From positions 153,470-217,469 of the forward strand of contig JBMHDS010000085.1 of assembly GCA_049889275.1 (NCBI GenBank): a DNA stretch of 64,000 nt, written 5' to 3'. How positions within the stretch are numbered: position 1 is the first letter of the stretch; the number at the start of each line of letters is the position of its first letter. Shown in pieces: positions 37,462 through 47,615 of this stretch. A program made the translations under genes and the position numbers. The DNA is from Bradymonadia bacterium (GTDB lineage Bacteria; Myxococcota_A; Bradymonadia; UBA7976; UBA1532). Under the pieces are notes generated by a model. The model searched no databases and was not told the DNA's origin. It saw only the letters and a program-made list of their open reading frames with translations.

Positions 37462-40098
37462 TCAATGCTCGAGCTTCTCCGGGTCCCGCACAAGCCTAAA
37501 GCCGTGGTCTAGGTTAGGTACATCCCTGAGCACAGCCTGCCGATGTGTCGTACGGCACGCTGGCCCTCCTTGGCTTAGATAGGAACCACCACGCACGACG
37601 CGCAGAGACTCATCGGCATCGAAGGTGCTGTCACAGTACTCGCGTACTAGGCCTGCCATATCGAAGACACCGTACGGTGAGCAATCAGTACTGAAACTGC
37701 CCACACGAGTCGGCATCGGAGACCCCGGAGTCGAACGCGCCATTTTGCAGAATGTTTCGTCGAAGGCATCACCCCAAGGATACCAACGGCCATCGACACC
37801 ACGTGCCGCTTTCTCCCACTCGAGCTCAGTTGGTAAGCGCACCGCGATTCCGGTTCGATTTCGATACCACTCAACATAGCGCTCAGCATCATCAAAACTC
37901 ACTCCGAAGACAGGCCAGTGAGCCGCCCACCGATAACCATGTCTGTCCATCTGCGGCCACACGATTCGACCTTCAGCACGGCCCCATAGCTGGCCACCAT
38001 CCGGTCTTGTACGAGGCGCCCGTTGAATGGCCTCCTCGGGCGCTGACTTATCGAGGTCACGGAGGAATGCGAGATATTCAGCGCAAGTCACCGGATAGCG
38101 TGCGACAAAGAAATCATCGAGTTCTTCAACCCTACGCAACATCGCCGCAGCCGAAGTCGGGTCACCGCCAGCGATGAATCGACCCGCTGGCACGTGTAAA
38201 TAATGAGTTCCGATTTCCTCGTCGGTGAATAAGCGACAGCTGATGTCGATAATCTCCGCACGCTGAACCAAAACTGGCATCGTCACGTTTCGATAACCAG
38301 GCGCGCTCACGTTGAGCTGCCAAGCCCCCTCTTCAATGGGATAAGCGCCGAGTGGCGTGGTGCCAAAGTTTATCGCAGGCTTGGTCCGCCATATGTGGCC
38401 ATCTTCATCGATCTGCCCAGCCTCAACTGTGGCAGTGATCGGTGCCGTGCGTATGTTGAGACGACTGACCCCCGTCAATTGTTCTGCATAAAGCCCCCTG
38501 TCGTAGGTGGCGACAAGTGCACGGAATCGCTGCGCGCCTTCTTTGTCACCGTCCTGCTCTGCCTGGGTCAATGCGGACCAATAGAGGCGCGCCAATTCGT
38601 TGCACGCTTCATCATTATTCGGGTTAAACCCAATCGCCTCCACGAGCGTTTTGACCGCCACTTCGAATGTCCGGTTCAATTCGGCTTCAAGCTGCCTCAA
38701 TCTTGACTGGCTCGCCCAAAGCGCAGACTTCGTCTGCTTGTCCGCGTAAGGCGGTGTATCCCATTCGAGGTCGAGTAATTCGTCACGACCCCGCAATGTC
38801 TCAGCCCGGGCCCTATGGTATTGGGCGATGAACTCTAAACTCGCCTCAAGGCGCTCTTCCGATTGCCTCTCGCGGCGGTCGCGGTCTTCGACACCTGACA
38901 AATAGGCATTGAGAGCTGTGAGCATGTCGGCAACAGACTGGTACCTGTCCTTAGGACGCTTCGCGAGTGCTTTGACGCATATTCCTTCTAATGCGGCTGG
39001 AATATTTTTATTGGGCGCGACCTCGGTTGGCGCTCGAAGCTGTTGGGTGATGACCGCCTTGAGCGTTTCCTTCTGGGTCTTCTCATGAAAGGGTCTGCGC
39101 AACGTGAGGATTTCGTATAAAACAGCACCGAGTGCATAGACGTCCGCCCGTCCATCCAGCCGGTCGATTCGCCCGGCGGCCTGCTCAGGCGGCATATATG
39201 AGGGCGTGCCGGTGATCAAGCCCATCATCGTCGCGTCGCCAGCCGTACTACGTTCGGTCTGCACCGCCTGTTCGAGGAGTTCTTCTTCACTCGATGTACC
39301 AAGCACTTTTGCGACGCCCCAGTCGAGCAACAGGACTTCACCAAAATCCCCAATCATGATGTTGGCAGGCTTGATATCCCGATGGATCACATTCCGGCTG
39401 TGCGCAAAGGCGATCGCCTGGCACATGCTGATGAACATACCGATGAGTCGCGTTCGACTAAATTCCCCCTGCACGCTGGCATCTTCTGTTCGTAAGGCAC
39501 GCAAGACTTCCTTCAGGGTTCGACCCTGAACGAGCTTCATCGTGAAAAACATTTCGCCATTCTTGAGATGACCAAACTCATGCACTGGAACGATATTGGG
39601 ATGCTCAAGTTGAGCTGTAATCTGAGCCTCTTCGACAAACTTATTGCGGACATATTCGGTGGCATCGTGCCCATCGATGAGTGTCTTCATCACAATCGTA
39701 CGCCTAAGGTCCTGATCGCGCACTAACGAGATACTACCGACACCGCCACGTGCAAACTCTCGTACAAACTCGAACCGCTCACCCGATTGAGCAGTGTGAC
39801 CATCCGCACGACTTCCTGACGGCGCATCCGTGGCTGGAGCAGAGTCAGCGTATTCATCTTGAAACATCTGCACGAGCTCTTCATCGACAGAATCCATTGT
39901 CGCTGTAAGCTCACTCTGCTCAGCTTCCTCAAGGGTCTCGACAGATACAGGCAGCAGCCGATAACCGATATCCTGGAGCGCATGAATTAGCTCTGCGACC
40001 TCCACGTCGGAGAGGCCTCGGCTTCTAATCAAATTCGCGAAGCGACTCGAAATGGATTTCTCGTCCACAAACACCTCACCCGGGGGTCGTTTTGGCAA
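37462..40098 (-). CDS. Ser/Thr protein kinase fused to a C-terminal FGE-sulfatase (SUMF1-like) domain
   Basis: Kinase motifs VMKTL, HRDIKPANIM, DFG, TPSYMPPE; C-terminal RLPTELEWEKAARG...GVFDMAGLVREYC...VVRGGSY formylglycine-generating-enzyme-like domain. Confidence 0.85.
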   Translation of the reverse strand: MPKRPPGEVFVDEKSISSRFANLIRSRGLSDVEVAELIHALQDIGYRLLPVSVETLEEAEQSELTATMDSVDEELVQMFQDEYADSAPATDAPSGSRADGHTAQSGERFEFVREFARGGVGSISLVRDQDLRRTIVMKTLIDGHDATEYVRNKFVEEAQITAQLEHPNIVPVHEFGHLKNGEMFFTMKLVQGRTLKEVLRALRTEDASVQGEFSRTRLIGMFISMCQAIAFAHSRNVIHRDIKPANIMIGDFGEVLLLDWGVAKVLGTSSEEELLEQAVQTERSTAGDATMMGLITGTPSYMPPEQAAGRIDRLDGRADVYALGAVLYEILTLRRPFHEKTQKETLKAVITQQLRAPTEVAPNKNIPAALEGICVKALAKRPKDRYQSVADMLTALNAYLSGVEDRDRRERQSEERLEASLEFIAQYHRARAETLRGRDELLDLEWDTPPYADKQTKSALWASQSRLRQLEAELNRTFEVAVKTLVEAIGFNPNNDEACNELARLYWSALTQAEQDGDKEGAQRFRALVATYDRGLYAEQLTGVSRLNIRTAPITATVEAGQIDEDGHIWRTKPAINFGTTPLGAYPIEEGAWQLNVSAPGYRNVTMPVLVQRAEIIDISCRLFTDEEIGTHYLHVPAGRFIAGGDPTSAAAMLRRVEELDDFFVARYPVTCAEYLAFLRDLDKSAPEEAIQRAPRTRPDGGQLWGRAEGRIVWPQMDRHGYRWAAHWPVFGVSFDDAERYVEWYRNRTGIAVRLPTELEWEKAARGVDGRWYPWGDAFDETFCKMARSTPGSPMPTRVGSFSTDCSPYGVFDMAGLVREYCDSTFDADESLRVVRGGSYLSQGGPACRTTHRQAVLRDVPNLDHGFRLVRDPEKLEH

Positions 40099-40275
40099 CT
40101 ATCGACCGAAGGTGTAGACGGGTCAAGGACATACCACGCCCAGCCCGTAGAAGGGCGTATACAGATGGTCTTGGCGTTGCGTACAAAGAGCCACCGTGCT
40201 AAGAGCCCGTCACGTTATAGGTGCCGGGTGTCCACGCGTCCGTTGCCCTTATTCAGCCAGTTTACAGGTGAGTTC

Positions 40276-41133
40276 ATGTACACGTTGTTTTTGGCCCTTG
40301 GTTTGAGCATTTTGATCTCGGTCGTGCCCGCACTGTTTGGGGTCTCTGCCATCTATACAGTGTTGCCGGGCACAGTGATCGGTATCTTTGCATTTGTCCT
40401 CATCGGGCGTCGAATATCCAAGCGCGTGGAGATGGTGACCCGCGCGGCGGATGCGGAGATGGCAAAAGCACAGAACATCGCGGCACGGTCCGGTGCAAAA
40501 GCTCAGTCGGTTATGATGCGCGCGATCGACGCCTCTGTCGCACGACTCAAGACGGGTATGGTGTTTGCAAAATGGCAGATCGGTGTCACGACGATGCTCA
40601 ATGCACGGATCGGAATGCTGCTTTACACCAAGTCACTGTTGCTGCAACAGGGTGGCAAGAAGAAGGGCGTTGCCGAGGCACTCAAGGCAGCGATCCCCTA
40701 CCTCGAAGCGAGTCAGGTGAAAGGTAAAAAAGCCAGACTGTTGCAAGCGCTATGGCCTGCTTGGGCAATGCTTGCAATCGCCCATTATCGAACCGACCAA
40801 GGCATCGACGGCGCCGTAGGTGTCTTAGAGAACACAGTCAAGGTGGCGCCAAAGAACGGGCTTCTGTGGTCTCTATACGCCTACCTGCTGTGGAAGAGTA
40901 AAAGGCTGGACGAGGCGTTAGATGTGCTCGTCCGCGGAAAGGCTCAGGCCGACGCGGATAAACGGCTCGATGAGAACCTCACGCTTCTACAGAACCGTAA
41001 GCCAATGAAAATGAGGGCTTATGGCGAGCAGTGGTACCAATTTGGCCTAGAGCAACCGAGAGCTGCGCAAGCACAAGCTCAAATGGGTCATGCCCGCATG
41101 CGAGGCAAAACGCGTGGTGGCCCTCGAAGATGA
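40276..41133 (+). CDS. Membrane protein with TPR-like C-terminal region (hypothetical)
   Basis: Start set at MYTLFLALGL (two N-terminal TM helices); helical repeat-like C-terminus. Confidence 0.45.
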   Translation: MYTLFLALGLSILISVVPALFGVSAIYTVLPGTVIGIFAFVLIGRRISKRVEMVTRAADAEMAKAQNIAARSGAKAQSVMMRAIDASVARLKTGMVFAKWQIGVTTMLNARIGMLLYTKSLLLQQGGKKKGVAEALKAAIPYLEASQVKGKKARLLQALWPAWAMLAIAHYRTDQGIDGAVGVLENTVKVAPKNGLLWSLYAYLLWKSKRLDEALDVLVRGKAQADADKRLDENLTLLQNRKPMKMRAYGEQWYQFGLEQPRAAQAQAQMGHARMRGKTRGGPRR

Positions 41134-41149
41134 AACGCCTTTGACCCAA

Positions 41150-43390
41150 ATGGAAAAGCTCGGTCGCTACACACTCATCCGTCGTCTCGCGTCGGGTGGA
41201 ATGGGGCAGGTGTATCTCGCTCGGACAGAGGGCGCCGCAAACTTCTCCAAGGAGTTTGCAATCAAACGCATTCTCCCGCATTTGAGCGATGAACCAGATT
41301 TCGTACGCAAGTTTATCGACGAGGCAAATGTGATGGTTCAACTCCATCACGGCAACATCGTTCCTGTCGTCGAGCTCGAGTCCACTGGATCAGAGTTATA
41401 CATCGTCATGGAGTATCTGCCTGGACGAGACCTCAAAAATGTCATGAGGGCCTGTCGCGAACGCGGCATTCAATTTCCACTACATTTAGCCCTCTGGCTC
41501 ACCCATCAAGTACTGATGGGTCTTGAGTATGCCCACCGTAAGCAAGACCAAGCAGGTCAAAGCCTCAACATCATTCACCGCGATGTGAGCCCGGCAAACA
41601 TCATGCTCGGCGCAGGCGGCGCGGTGAAGTTGATCGACTTTGGAATCGCCCAAGCACGGGGCCGCTTACAGCAAAGTGCCTCTGGGACGCTTCAAGGTAA
41701 ATTTGTTTACATGAGTCCAGAGCAAGCTGTCGGACGCACACTGACACCGGCGACCGATATTTTTTCAGCGGGTCTCATTTTATATGAACTCATCTGCAAT
41801 TTAAGACCCTTCGACGCCGACAGTGAAACAGAAACCCTAAGGCTCGTACGTGCGTGCGACGTGAAGGCGCCAAGGGTATACGTGCCGCAACTACCAGAAG
41901 CGGTTGATACCCTTATCATGAAGGCTCTCTCCGCCGCCCCCTCGGAGAGATTCGAGTCAGCGGGTGCAATGGCCCGGGCTATTCAGCATTTTCTGGTGCT
42001 CGACGACAGCCAGGCCGGGCCAGGGGCGTTATCCGACTTTCTGCGCGAGGTGTTTCCAAATGGTGTCGTTCCAACCGAAGCACCACAGCCTCGCACTTTA
42101 GACGATGCGCTCTTAAATCAACTCGATGCCTTTACGCCAAGCTTCGCGAGGGTCGAACATACACAAACGCAAACGAAGACATCCGGCATCGAGCGTGTGT
42201 CCATCGTTGCCGATCCCCTGCCCGACGATGGTTCAAGTCGGCCTTCAGCGCCGCTAGAAAATACTCACGACGCGAATCCAAGTTCGAACGTTTCGGTCGT
42301 CCAGGGGCCGCCGACCGGTCGAAAACGAATGCTCGCATTTGGCTTATTGCTGGGCATCCTGGGAACGATTATCCTGCCGTTGACGACGAGTACACCACCG
42401 GCGGTTCCCTTGCGGGTGATCGTACAACCAGAATCTGCCCAGCAGGTCGATATCACTGTCGATGGCGCACCGCTCGTAGACAACGACAGTTTCCGAATCG
42501 GAAGAGCCCACACAATTTGTGCACAAGCCGCCTATTTTGAGAAGACCTGTAAGCGCCACATGCACTCAGAAGATAACGCTGAGGTGACGCTGCGGCTTAT
42601 CCCCTTCCCTCGTCTGGAACCTCAAGTCACACCAAAAGGTGTACCCCATCGGGTCCTAGTCGATCGCGTGGTGACCAGTCGATGGCCGCTCAGCTTAGAG
42701 CCAGGTAAAGAGTACGTCGTATGTGTCGAATCTCAGGCGTACTCGGCAGAACCACCGTGCCAAAGAGTCCGCTCGAACAAGCCGACTCTGAGACCCGCGT
42801 TTCAACTCACCAAGCGAACCCAACAAGCCTCGCTCCAGACGCCTACCGCGACGCCGACCCCCGAGCAAAACTTGGCAAACACCAAGCCGGCAAACGCAAA
42901 ACAGGACCCCCGTAAGCAGGTGGCCAAAACAACACCGTCGACGGCGAAGAAAGACACGCCAAGGTTCGTCACGCTTCGCAGCATCCCGAGCGCAACAGTT
43001 TTCCGTCTGGGCCAAGAGGTCGGGGTGACGCCGTACAAAGTCAGACTCGACAAAAAACGTCACATGATGACGCTCAAAGCAAAAGGCTACGCAGACACCG
43101 ATGTGAAAGTCGATTCAAACACGCCGATCGGAACAAAAACCGTGATTCTAAGGAGACCTGGCTACCTCACGGTGCGCGTCAAACCGTCAGCGAGCACCAT
43201 CTACATCGACGAGAAAAAGGTTGGGCGTGGGGTCCTCGTGAAACATCCGGTAAGGCCAGGAAAACACACCTTGAAGGTTGTTTATGCCGGTGGAACCAAT
43301 CAGCCTGGCTCAAGCCAAACGATGGTTTTCTCGGTAGATTCTGGCCAGCATCTGCGGCATCCTCCGGTAGAGATACGCTTAAGCAAATAA
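41150..43390 (+). CDS. Ser/Thr protein kinase with C-terminal PEGA domains
   Basis: Kinase motifs GGMGQVYLA, AIKRIL, HRDVSPANIML, DFG, YMSPEQ; TM segment; two PEGA-like repeats (FVTLRSIPSATVFRLGQEVGVTPYKV; YLTVRVKPSASTIYIDEKKVGRG). Alternative upstream start at 41090. Confidence 0.85.
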   Translation: MEKLGRYTLIRRLASGGMGQVYLARTEGAANFSKEFAIKRILPHLSDEPDFVRKFIDEANVMVQLHHGNIVPVVELESTGSELYIVMEYLPGRDLKNVMRACRERGIQFPLHLALWLTHQVLMGLEYAHRKQDQAGQSLNIIHRDVSPANIMLGAGGAVKLIDFGIAQARGRLQQSASGTLQGKFVYMSPEQAVGRTLTPATDIFSAGLILYELICNLRPFDADSETETLRLVRACDVKAPRVYVPQLPEAVDTLIMKALSAAPSERFESAGAMARAIQHFLVLDDSQAGPGALSDFLREVFPNGVVPTEAPQPRTLDDALLNQLDAFTPSFARVEHTQTQTKTSGIERVSIVADPLPDDGSSRPSAPLENTHDANPSSNVSVVQGPPTGRKRMLAFGLLLGILGTIILPLTTSTPPAVPLRVIVQPESAQQVDITVDGAPLVDNDSFRIGRAHTICAQAAYFEKTCKRHMHSEDNAEVTLRLIPFPRLEPQVTPKGVPHRVLVDRVVTSRWPLSLEPGKEYVVCVESQAYSAEPPCQRVRSNKPTLRPAFQLTKRTQQASLQTPTATPTPEQNLANTKPANAKQDPRKQVAKTTPSTAKKDTPRFVTLRSIPSATVFRLGQEVGVTPYKVRLDKKRHMMTLKAKGYADTDVKVDSNTPIGTKTVILRRPGYLTVRVKPSASTIYIDEKKVGRGVLVKHPVRPGKHTLKVVYAGGTNQPGSSQTMVFSVDSGQHLRHPPVEIRLSK

Positions 43391-43403
43391 TGGTGCCTTC
43401 CAA

Positions 43404-44780
43404 ATGACAGGTAAATCTCATTCTCGAACCGAGCATACCCGCACGAGCATGGCCCAGGGCTTCGACCGCCTCACGTCTCGTAACTATAGCCTCGTGGTCA
43501 CGAGAGGACCAGACGCAGGTAAATCTCTATCAGTAACGGGTCGAGTCGCACGCATTGGAACCAGTCCGGAGTGTGAATTCGAGCTCGATGATCCAACCGC
43601 GAGTCGCCAACATGCGCGGATTGAACTGGATGTGTATGGTTATCGCCTCTTCGACGAGAAGAGCAAGAACGGTACGACCATAAACGGGATACGTGTCAAC
43701 GATGCCTATCTTACACCCAACGCTCAGATCGGGCTCGGTGAGAATACCATCGAGTTCAGGCTCGGTCGTGATCCGGTCGAATTTCATCTCGCTAGGGACC
43801 ATCGCTTTGGCCGTATGTTGGGTCAATCACCAGCGATGCGAGAGATCTTCGCCATTTTGCAACGGGTTGCGCCAAGTGATACGACGGTCTTGGTCGAAGG
43901 TGAGAGCGGCACCGGTAAAGAACTGATCGCCGACGCCGTGCATGCGCACTCAAAACGGGCTTCAGGCCCGTTCGTTGTTTTCGATTGCTCAGCGGTCGCA
44001 GCGAACCTCATTGAGAGCGAATTATTCGGACATGTCAAAGGTGCCTTCACAGGTGCTGCGAGCAATCGTTCAGGCGCCTTCGAACGTGCCCACGGCGGCA
44101 CCCTGTTTCTCGACGAATTAGGAGAATTACCTCTCGATTTGCAGCCGAAGCTCCTGAGGGTTCTAGAGCAACGCGCCGTCCAGCCCGTCGGTGGAGATAA
44201 GGTCATACCCTGTGACGTACGAATCGTCGCAGCAACGAACCGTAACCTCAGAAAAGAGGTCGAATGTAGTCAGTTCAGGCAAGATTTGTATTACCGACTT
44301 GCTGTTATCCGAGTCGTTCTGCCGCCGCTACGACGACGTGTTGAAGACATTCCACTATTGGTTGATCACTTCTTGTCCGAACGAGAAAACGCGGGCGAGA
44401 AGATCCAGGTCGGCTATGAGACGATCTTAAAACTGCAAAATCATAAATGGCCCGGCAACATCAGAGAGCTCAAGAACTTCGTGGAGCGCGCAGCACTCTT
44501 GGCAACCGATCAACGCTTGGAGACAAAGCATCTCGTCGCACCCAGCTTTGGTGAAACCAAGGGACAGAGCCCCTCCGAGCCTTCTACCGAACAGCCTGCC
44601 CAATTTTTTGACGAAGACTTACCATTCAAGGATGCGAAAGCGAGACTGATCGAGCGTTTCGAGCGAGCATATTGGACGGCTTTGCTCGAGCGCACTAAAG
44701 GAAACGTCAGCGCAGCCGCGAGAGAAGCTGGAATCCATCGCAAGAGCGCTGAATACCTATTGAAAAAGCTCGACATCTGA
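43404..44780 (+). CDS. Sigma-54-dependent transcriptional activator with N-terminal FHA domain
   Basis: FHA (RIGTSPECEFELDDPTASRQHARIEL...SKNGTTING), AAA+ Walker A GESGTGKE, GAFTGA sigma-54 contact motif, C-terminal Fis-type HTH; alternative start at 43449. Confidence 0.85.
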   Translation: MTGKSHSRTEHTRTSMAQGFDRLTSRNYSLVVTRGPDAGKSLSVTGRVARIGTSPECEFELDDPTASRQHARIELDVYGYRLFDEKSKNGTTINGIRVNDAYLTPNAQIGLGENTIEFRLGRDPVEFHLARDHRFGRMLGQSPAMREIFAILQRVAPSDTTVLVEGESGTGKELIADAVHAHSKRASGPFVVFDCSAVAANLIESELFGHVKGAFTGAASNRSGAFERAHGGTLFLDELGELPLDLQPKLLRVLEQRAVQPVGGDKVIPCDVRIVAATNRNLRKEVECSQFRQDLYYRLAVIRVVLPPLRRRVEDIPLLVDHFLSERENAGEKIQVGYETILKLQNHKWPGNIRELKNFVERAALLATDQRLETKHLVAPSFGETKGQSPSEPSTEQPAQFFDEDLPFKDAKARLIERFERAYWTALLERTKGNVSAAAREAGIHRKSAEYLLKKLDI

Positions 44781-44924
44781 GCGCGTCTTGCCCACGGTTG
44801 GCCCATCTCGCCAAGCTGGCGAGCATTTAAGGTTGCTTGCTGCGACCGGTGCTTTCGTGTAAGGCTTTGCGGGCTCAGTGCACTCATCCGCCATTGCCAC
44901 AGAGCGCATCGCATCAGAGAGATC

Positions 44925-45437
44925 ATGTACCGACTTCAAATCATGCTCACGCTTCAAGTGCTCGCCCTGTTCGGCTGCGGGTCGGAGCGGACCTACTCCG
45001 GTATTTGGCAGGAAGCCGAATGCGCAGATACCAACGAAGATAACTGTCCAGCGCTCCTCCACGAATTGCATCTCGGTCGCTATGGACGCGCGCTCACGGG
45101 CATCATCGTACCGTACAAACGACAGCCCCGGCTCGACAGCTTCCAACGCGTTTATGCTTGCGATTGCCTCTTTATCCAGGGTGGACGTTCACAAGAACAG
45201 ACAATTACATTTGGTGCCTATCAACCGGATGAGCGATGTGAGGGTGCAGCGTCCGGATCCATGGACGAGCCTTGCAGTCATTGTCAGTGCCCGGATATGC
45301 GTTACGAGTTAAGAGAAGATGGTGACGATCTCATCGGCACCATCTATTGCGGCGTAACCAAACATCGGGATGTGCGTTTCAAGCAGGTGCCCGGCAGGTC
45401 TCGACGACAATGTAACGATATTCTCGAGTTACAATGA
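44925..45437 (+). CDS. Cys-containing lipoprotein (hypothetical)
   Basis: LALFGCGSE lipobox; 170 aa; 4-nt overlap with the next gene. Confidence 0.45.
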   Translation: MYRLQIMLTLQVLALFGCGSERTYSGIWQEAECADTNEDNCPALLHELHLGRYGRALTGIIVPYKRQPRLDSFQRVYACDCLFIQGGRSQEQTITFGAYQPDERCEGAASGSMDEPCSHCQCPDMRYELREDGDDLIGTIYCGVTKHRDVRFKQVPGRSRRQCNDILELQ

Positions 45438-46885
45438 TTATGCGGCGCTCTCTAGCCCATATTTTCATCGTGGTTGTCCCGTGTCTCATGGGTATCAAGG
45501 CCTCCGCAGCACCAAAAAGCGATGTTGCGCAGCTGAGAACCCAGCTGCCACCGAACTTTGAGCGCCAAGTCGTCAGTATTTTTCCGGCCACAGACTTTGC
45601 TCACCTCAAAAATCGACCAAGTACGGCAGCGCCATTGCCCAATTATGCAAAGCACCTGGCGAGGGCGCTCACCGCGTACCAGAATCTCCGGGTCTTCGGA
45701 CCGAAGAAGTCTATCCATAAGCTGCGGCGACAGGTCAATCGTCTGCCTCAGTTCAAGCGGACCATGAACCGTGTGCAGCGCGGGCAGAAGGCCTTCGAGG
45801 AGGTCAGGCTGAAAGACAGCGCGCGCCTACTGGGCGATGCGACAGCCGCACTCGTTGCGCTGCGCTATCATCTTATCGAGCCAGACAAGGTCGCTTCGAT
45901 TCTCGTGATGCGCGGTCAGGCTTTTCTCGAAAGTAAAAAGATGATTGAGGCTCAAACCGCATTCAGCCGAGCTTTGCAGTTTGCACCGGCTTACCGACTC
46001 AACAGAGAGTTAGAGCGCCCCGAATTAGTCGATGCATTCGAACAAGCAAGAATTCGACTGCTCCGCGCCCAAGGCGATAAGACGTTTGGGCGAGGGGTTG
46101 GCGTGACACAGGAGTTGCGCGCTTCCGAGATACGCGGTCACTCGTGGACAGGGCACTCTATTTACATGTCGGTGTTCGGAAAGCAGCTTGAGGTCGTTAT
46201 CGACTCGCCGCTCGGCGTGCAGATTGAGCGCCAAATGCTGACATCGAACACGGCGGACGATATTGCCCGCCTCGCAAGTCGAATTCACGCAACCATTCCG
46301 TTTGGGCAGGTCAAGAAAAGTCACCTCCCAAGTTCCTTCGCGTTTGACATCGCGATGACCGCTGGCGCTCACGCGACGACACCCGTAGGTCTCTTGCCAA
46401 ATTATGGTGTGGGTGGTGGGGTACGTCTGCGAACCACCGAAGGGATAACGATACGCGCTGGCGGCTTGGTCGCTTTAAGTAATCGCGATTTCCATGAACA
46501 TTTGCGCGAAAACATCGTGATCACGAGAGGCGACCTCTCAGGTGGTTATGAGTGGTCAGCAGCAAGGCTAAAGCTCGGCTTAAGCCTTGGCGTACAGTTC
46601 GAACGGTTGGGCGCGATCACGATGACCACGAATCCCGCCTGCAAATATTTCCCCTCCAGCAGTGACGTCCCAAGAGCACTGTGTGATTTTGATTTGGACG
46701 TTGAGTCACTTAAACCATCCTGGTCCGTCGGTCCGATGGCAAGCGGTGAGGTTGCATTTGCGTTGTCGAAGCGACTCTGGGTCACTGGTCGTCTTCAGAG
46801 CGCTGTGAGCCTGTTTAGGACCATAGAGACGGACTTTGATTGGCCCTTTATCGTGCACTTCGGCGTGAGCTACAACGTCGATTAG
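45434..46885 (+). CDS. Secreted hypothetical protein with TPR-like region
   Basis: Signal peptide (VVPCLMGIKASAAP); no catalytic motif recognised. Confidence 0.45.
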   Translation: MIMRRSLAHIFIVVVPCLMGIKASAAPKSDVAQLRTQLPPNFERQVVSIFPATDFAHLKNRPSTAAPLPNYAKHLARALTAYQNLRVFGPKKSIHKLRRQVNRLPQFKRTMNRVQRGQKAFEEVRLKDSARLLGDATAALVALRYHLIEPDKVASILVMRGQAFLESKKMIEAQTAFSRALQFAPAYRLNRELERPELVDAFEQARIRLLRAQGDKTFGRGVGVTQELRASEIRGHSWTGHSIYMSVFGKQLEVVIDSPLGVQIERQMLTSNTADDIARLASRIHATIPFGQVKKSHLPSSFAFDIAMTAGAHATTPVGLLPNYGVGGGVRLRTTEGITIRAGGLVALSNRDFHEHLRENIVITRGDLSGGYEWSAARLKLGLSLGVQFERLGAITMTTNPACKYFPSSSDVPRALCDFDLDVESLKPSWSVGPMASGEVAFALSKRLWVTGRLQSAVSLFRTIETDFDWPFIVHFGVSYNVD

Positions 46886-47532
46886 GCGACACGAACCGGG
46901 TTCTCAAGACGCCGCAGGCAATGTCCTTCCAGATTCACTAACTCGATGCCGACAAGATCGCCATCACTCAGTTTATCGACGCCATGTGGCGTGCCGAGGG
47001 ACACGATGTCGCCAGCCTCTAGAGTCATGAAGTGGCTGACATAAGCCAGTAGCCTCCCGGGCGTAAACACCATCGTTGACAGCGCACCATATTGCCGCTG
47101 AACACCATTGACCACCGTACGCACCGCTACCTGACGCCAATCAGCGATGTCGATAAATTCTGGGTGAAGCGGACAGAAGGAATCAAAATTTTTCGCGCGC
47201 GTGAAGCGACCAGCGTCTGCCCTCTGTAGGTCACGCGCGGTGACATCATTGAGCACTGACCAGCCACCGATAGCATTGTAGGCTTGGGCCTCCGAGGCGC
47301 GTGTCAGGGACGCAGAAAGCCTGACTGCAATCTCGCCTTCATGCTGCACTAAAGCAGACTGCTCAGGCAGAATGATCGCATCGCCCGGGCCGATCAAAGC
47401 GGATGGTGCCTTCAAAAAAAATATTGGATCGGTTGGCACTTCATTGCCGAGTTCTGCCGCATGCTTCGCAAAGGTACGAGCCAGACAGACAATTTTGCCC
47501 GGGTTAAGATCTCGAATACTGGATTGAATCAT
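46882..47532 (-). CDS. Fumarylacetoacetate hydrolase (FAH) family protein
   Basis: GKIVCLARTFAKHAAELG...FFLKAPSALIGPGDAI, HEGEIAV motifs of the FAH / 2-keto-4-pentenoate hydratase family. Confidence 0.8.
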   Translation of the reverse strand: MIQSSIRDLNPGKIVCLARTFAKHAAELGNEVPTDPIFFLKAPSALIGPGDAIILPEQSALVQHEGEIAVRLSASLTRASEAQAYNAIGGWSVLNDVTARDLQRADAGRFTRAKNFDSFCPLHPEFIDIADWRQVAVRTVVNGVQRQYGALSTMVFTPGRLLAYVSHFMTLEAGDIVSLGTPHGVDKLSDGDLVGIELVNLEGHCLRRLENPVRVA

Positions 47533-47615
47533 TGGTTCGATGAGGCAGCTGGCTCACATGTGAGGTGTTGAGCTTTGGTGCCACGATACGTGCGCACCGA
47601 CTCTCTCCGACGGTT

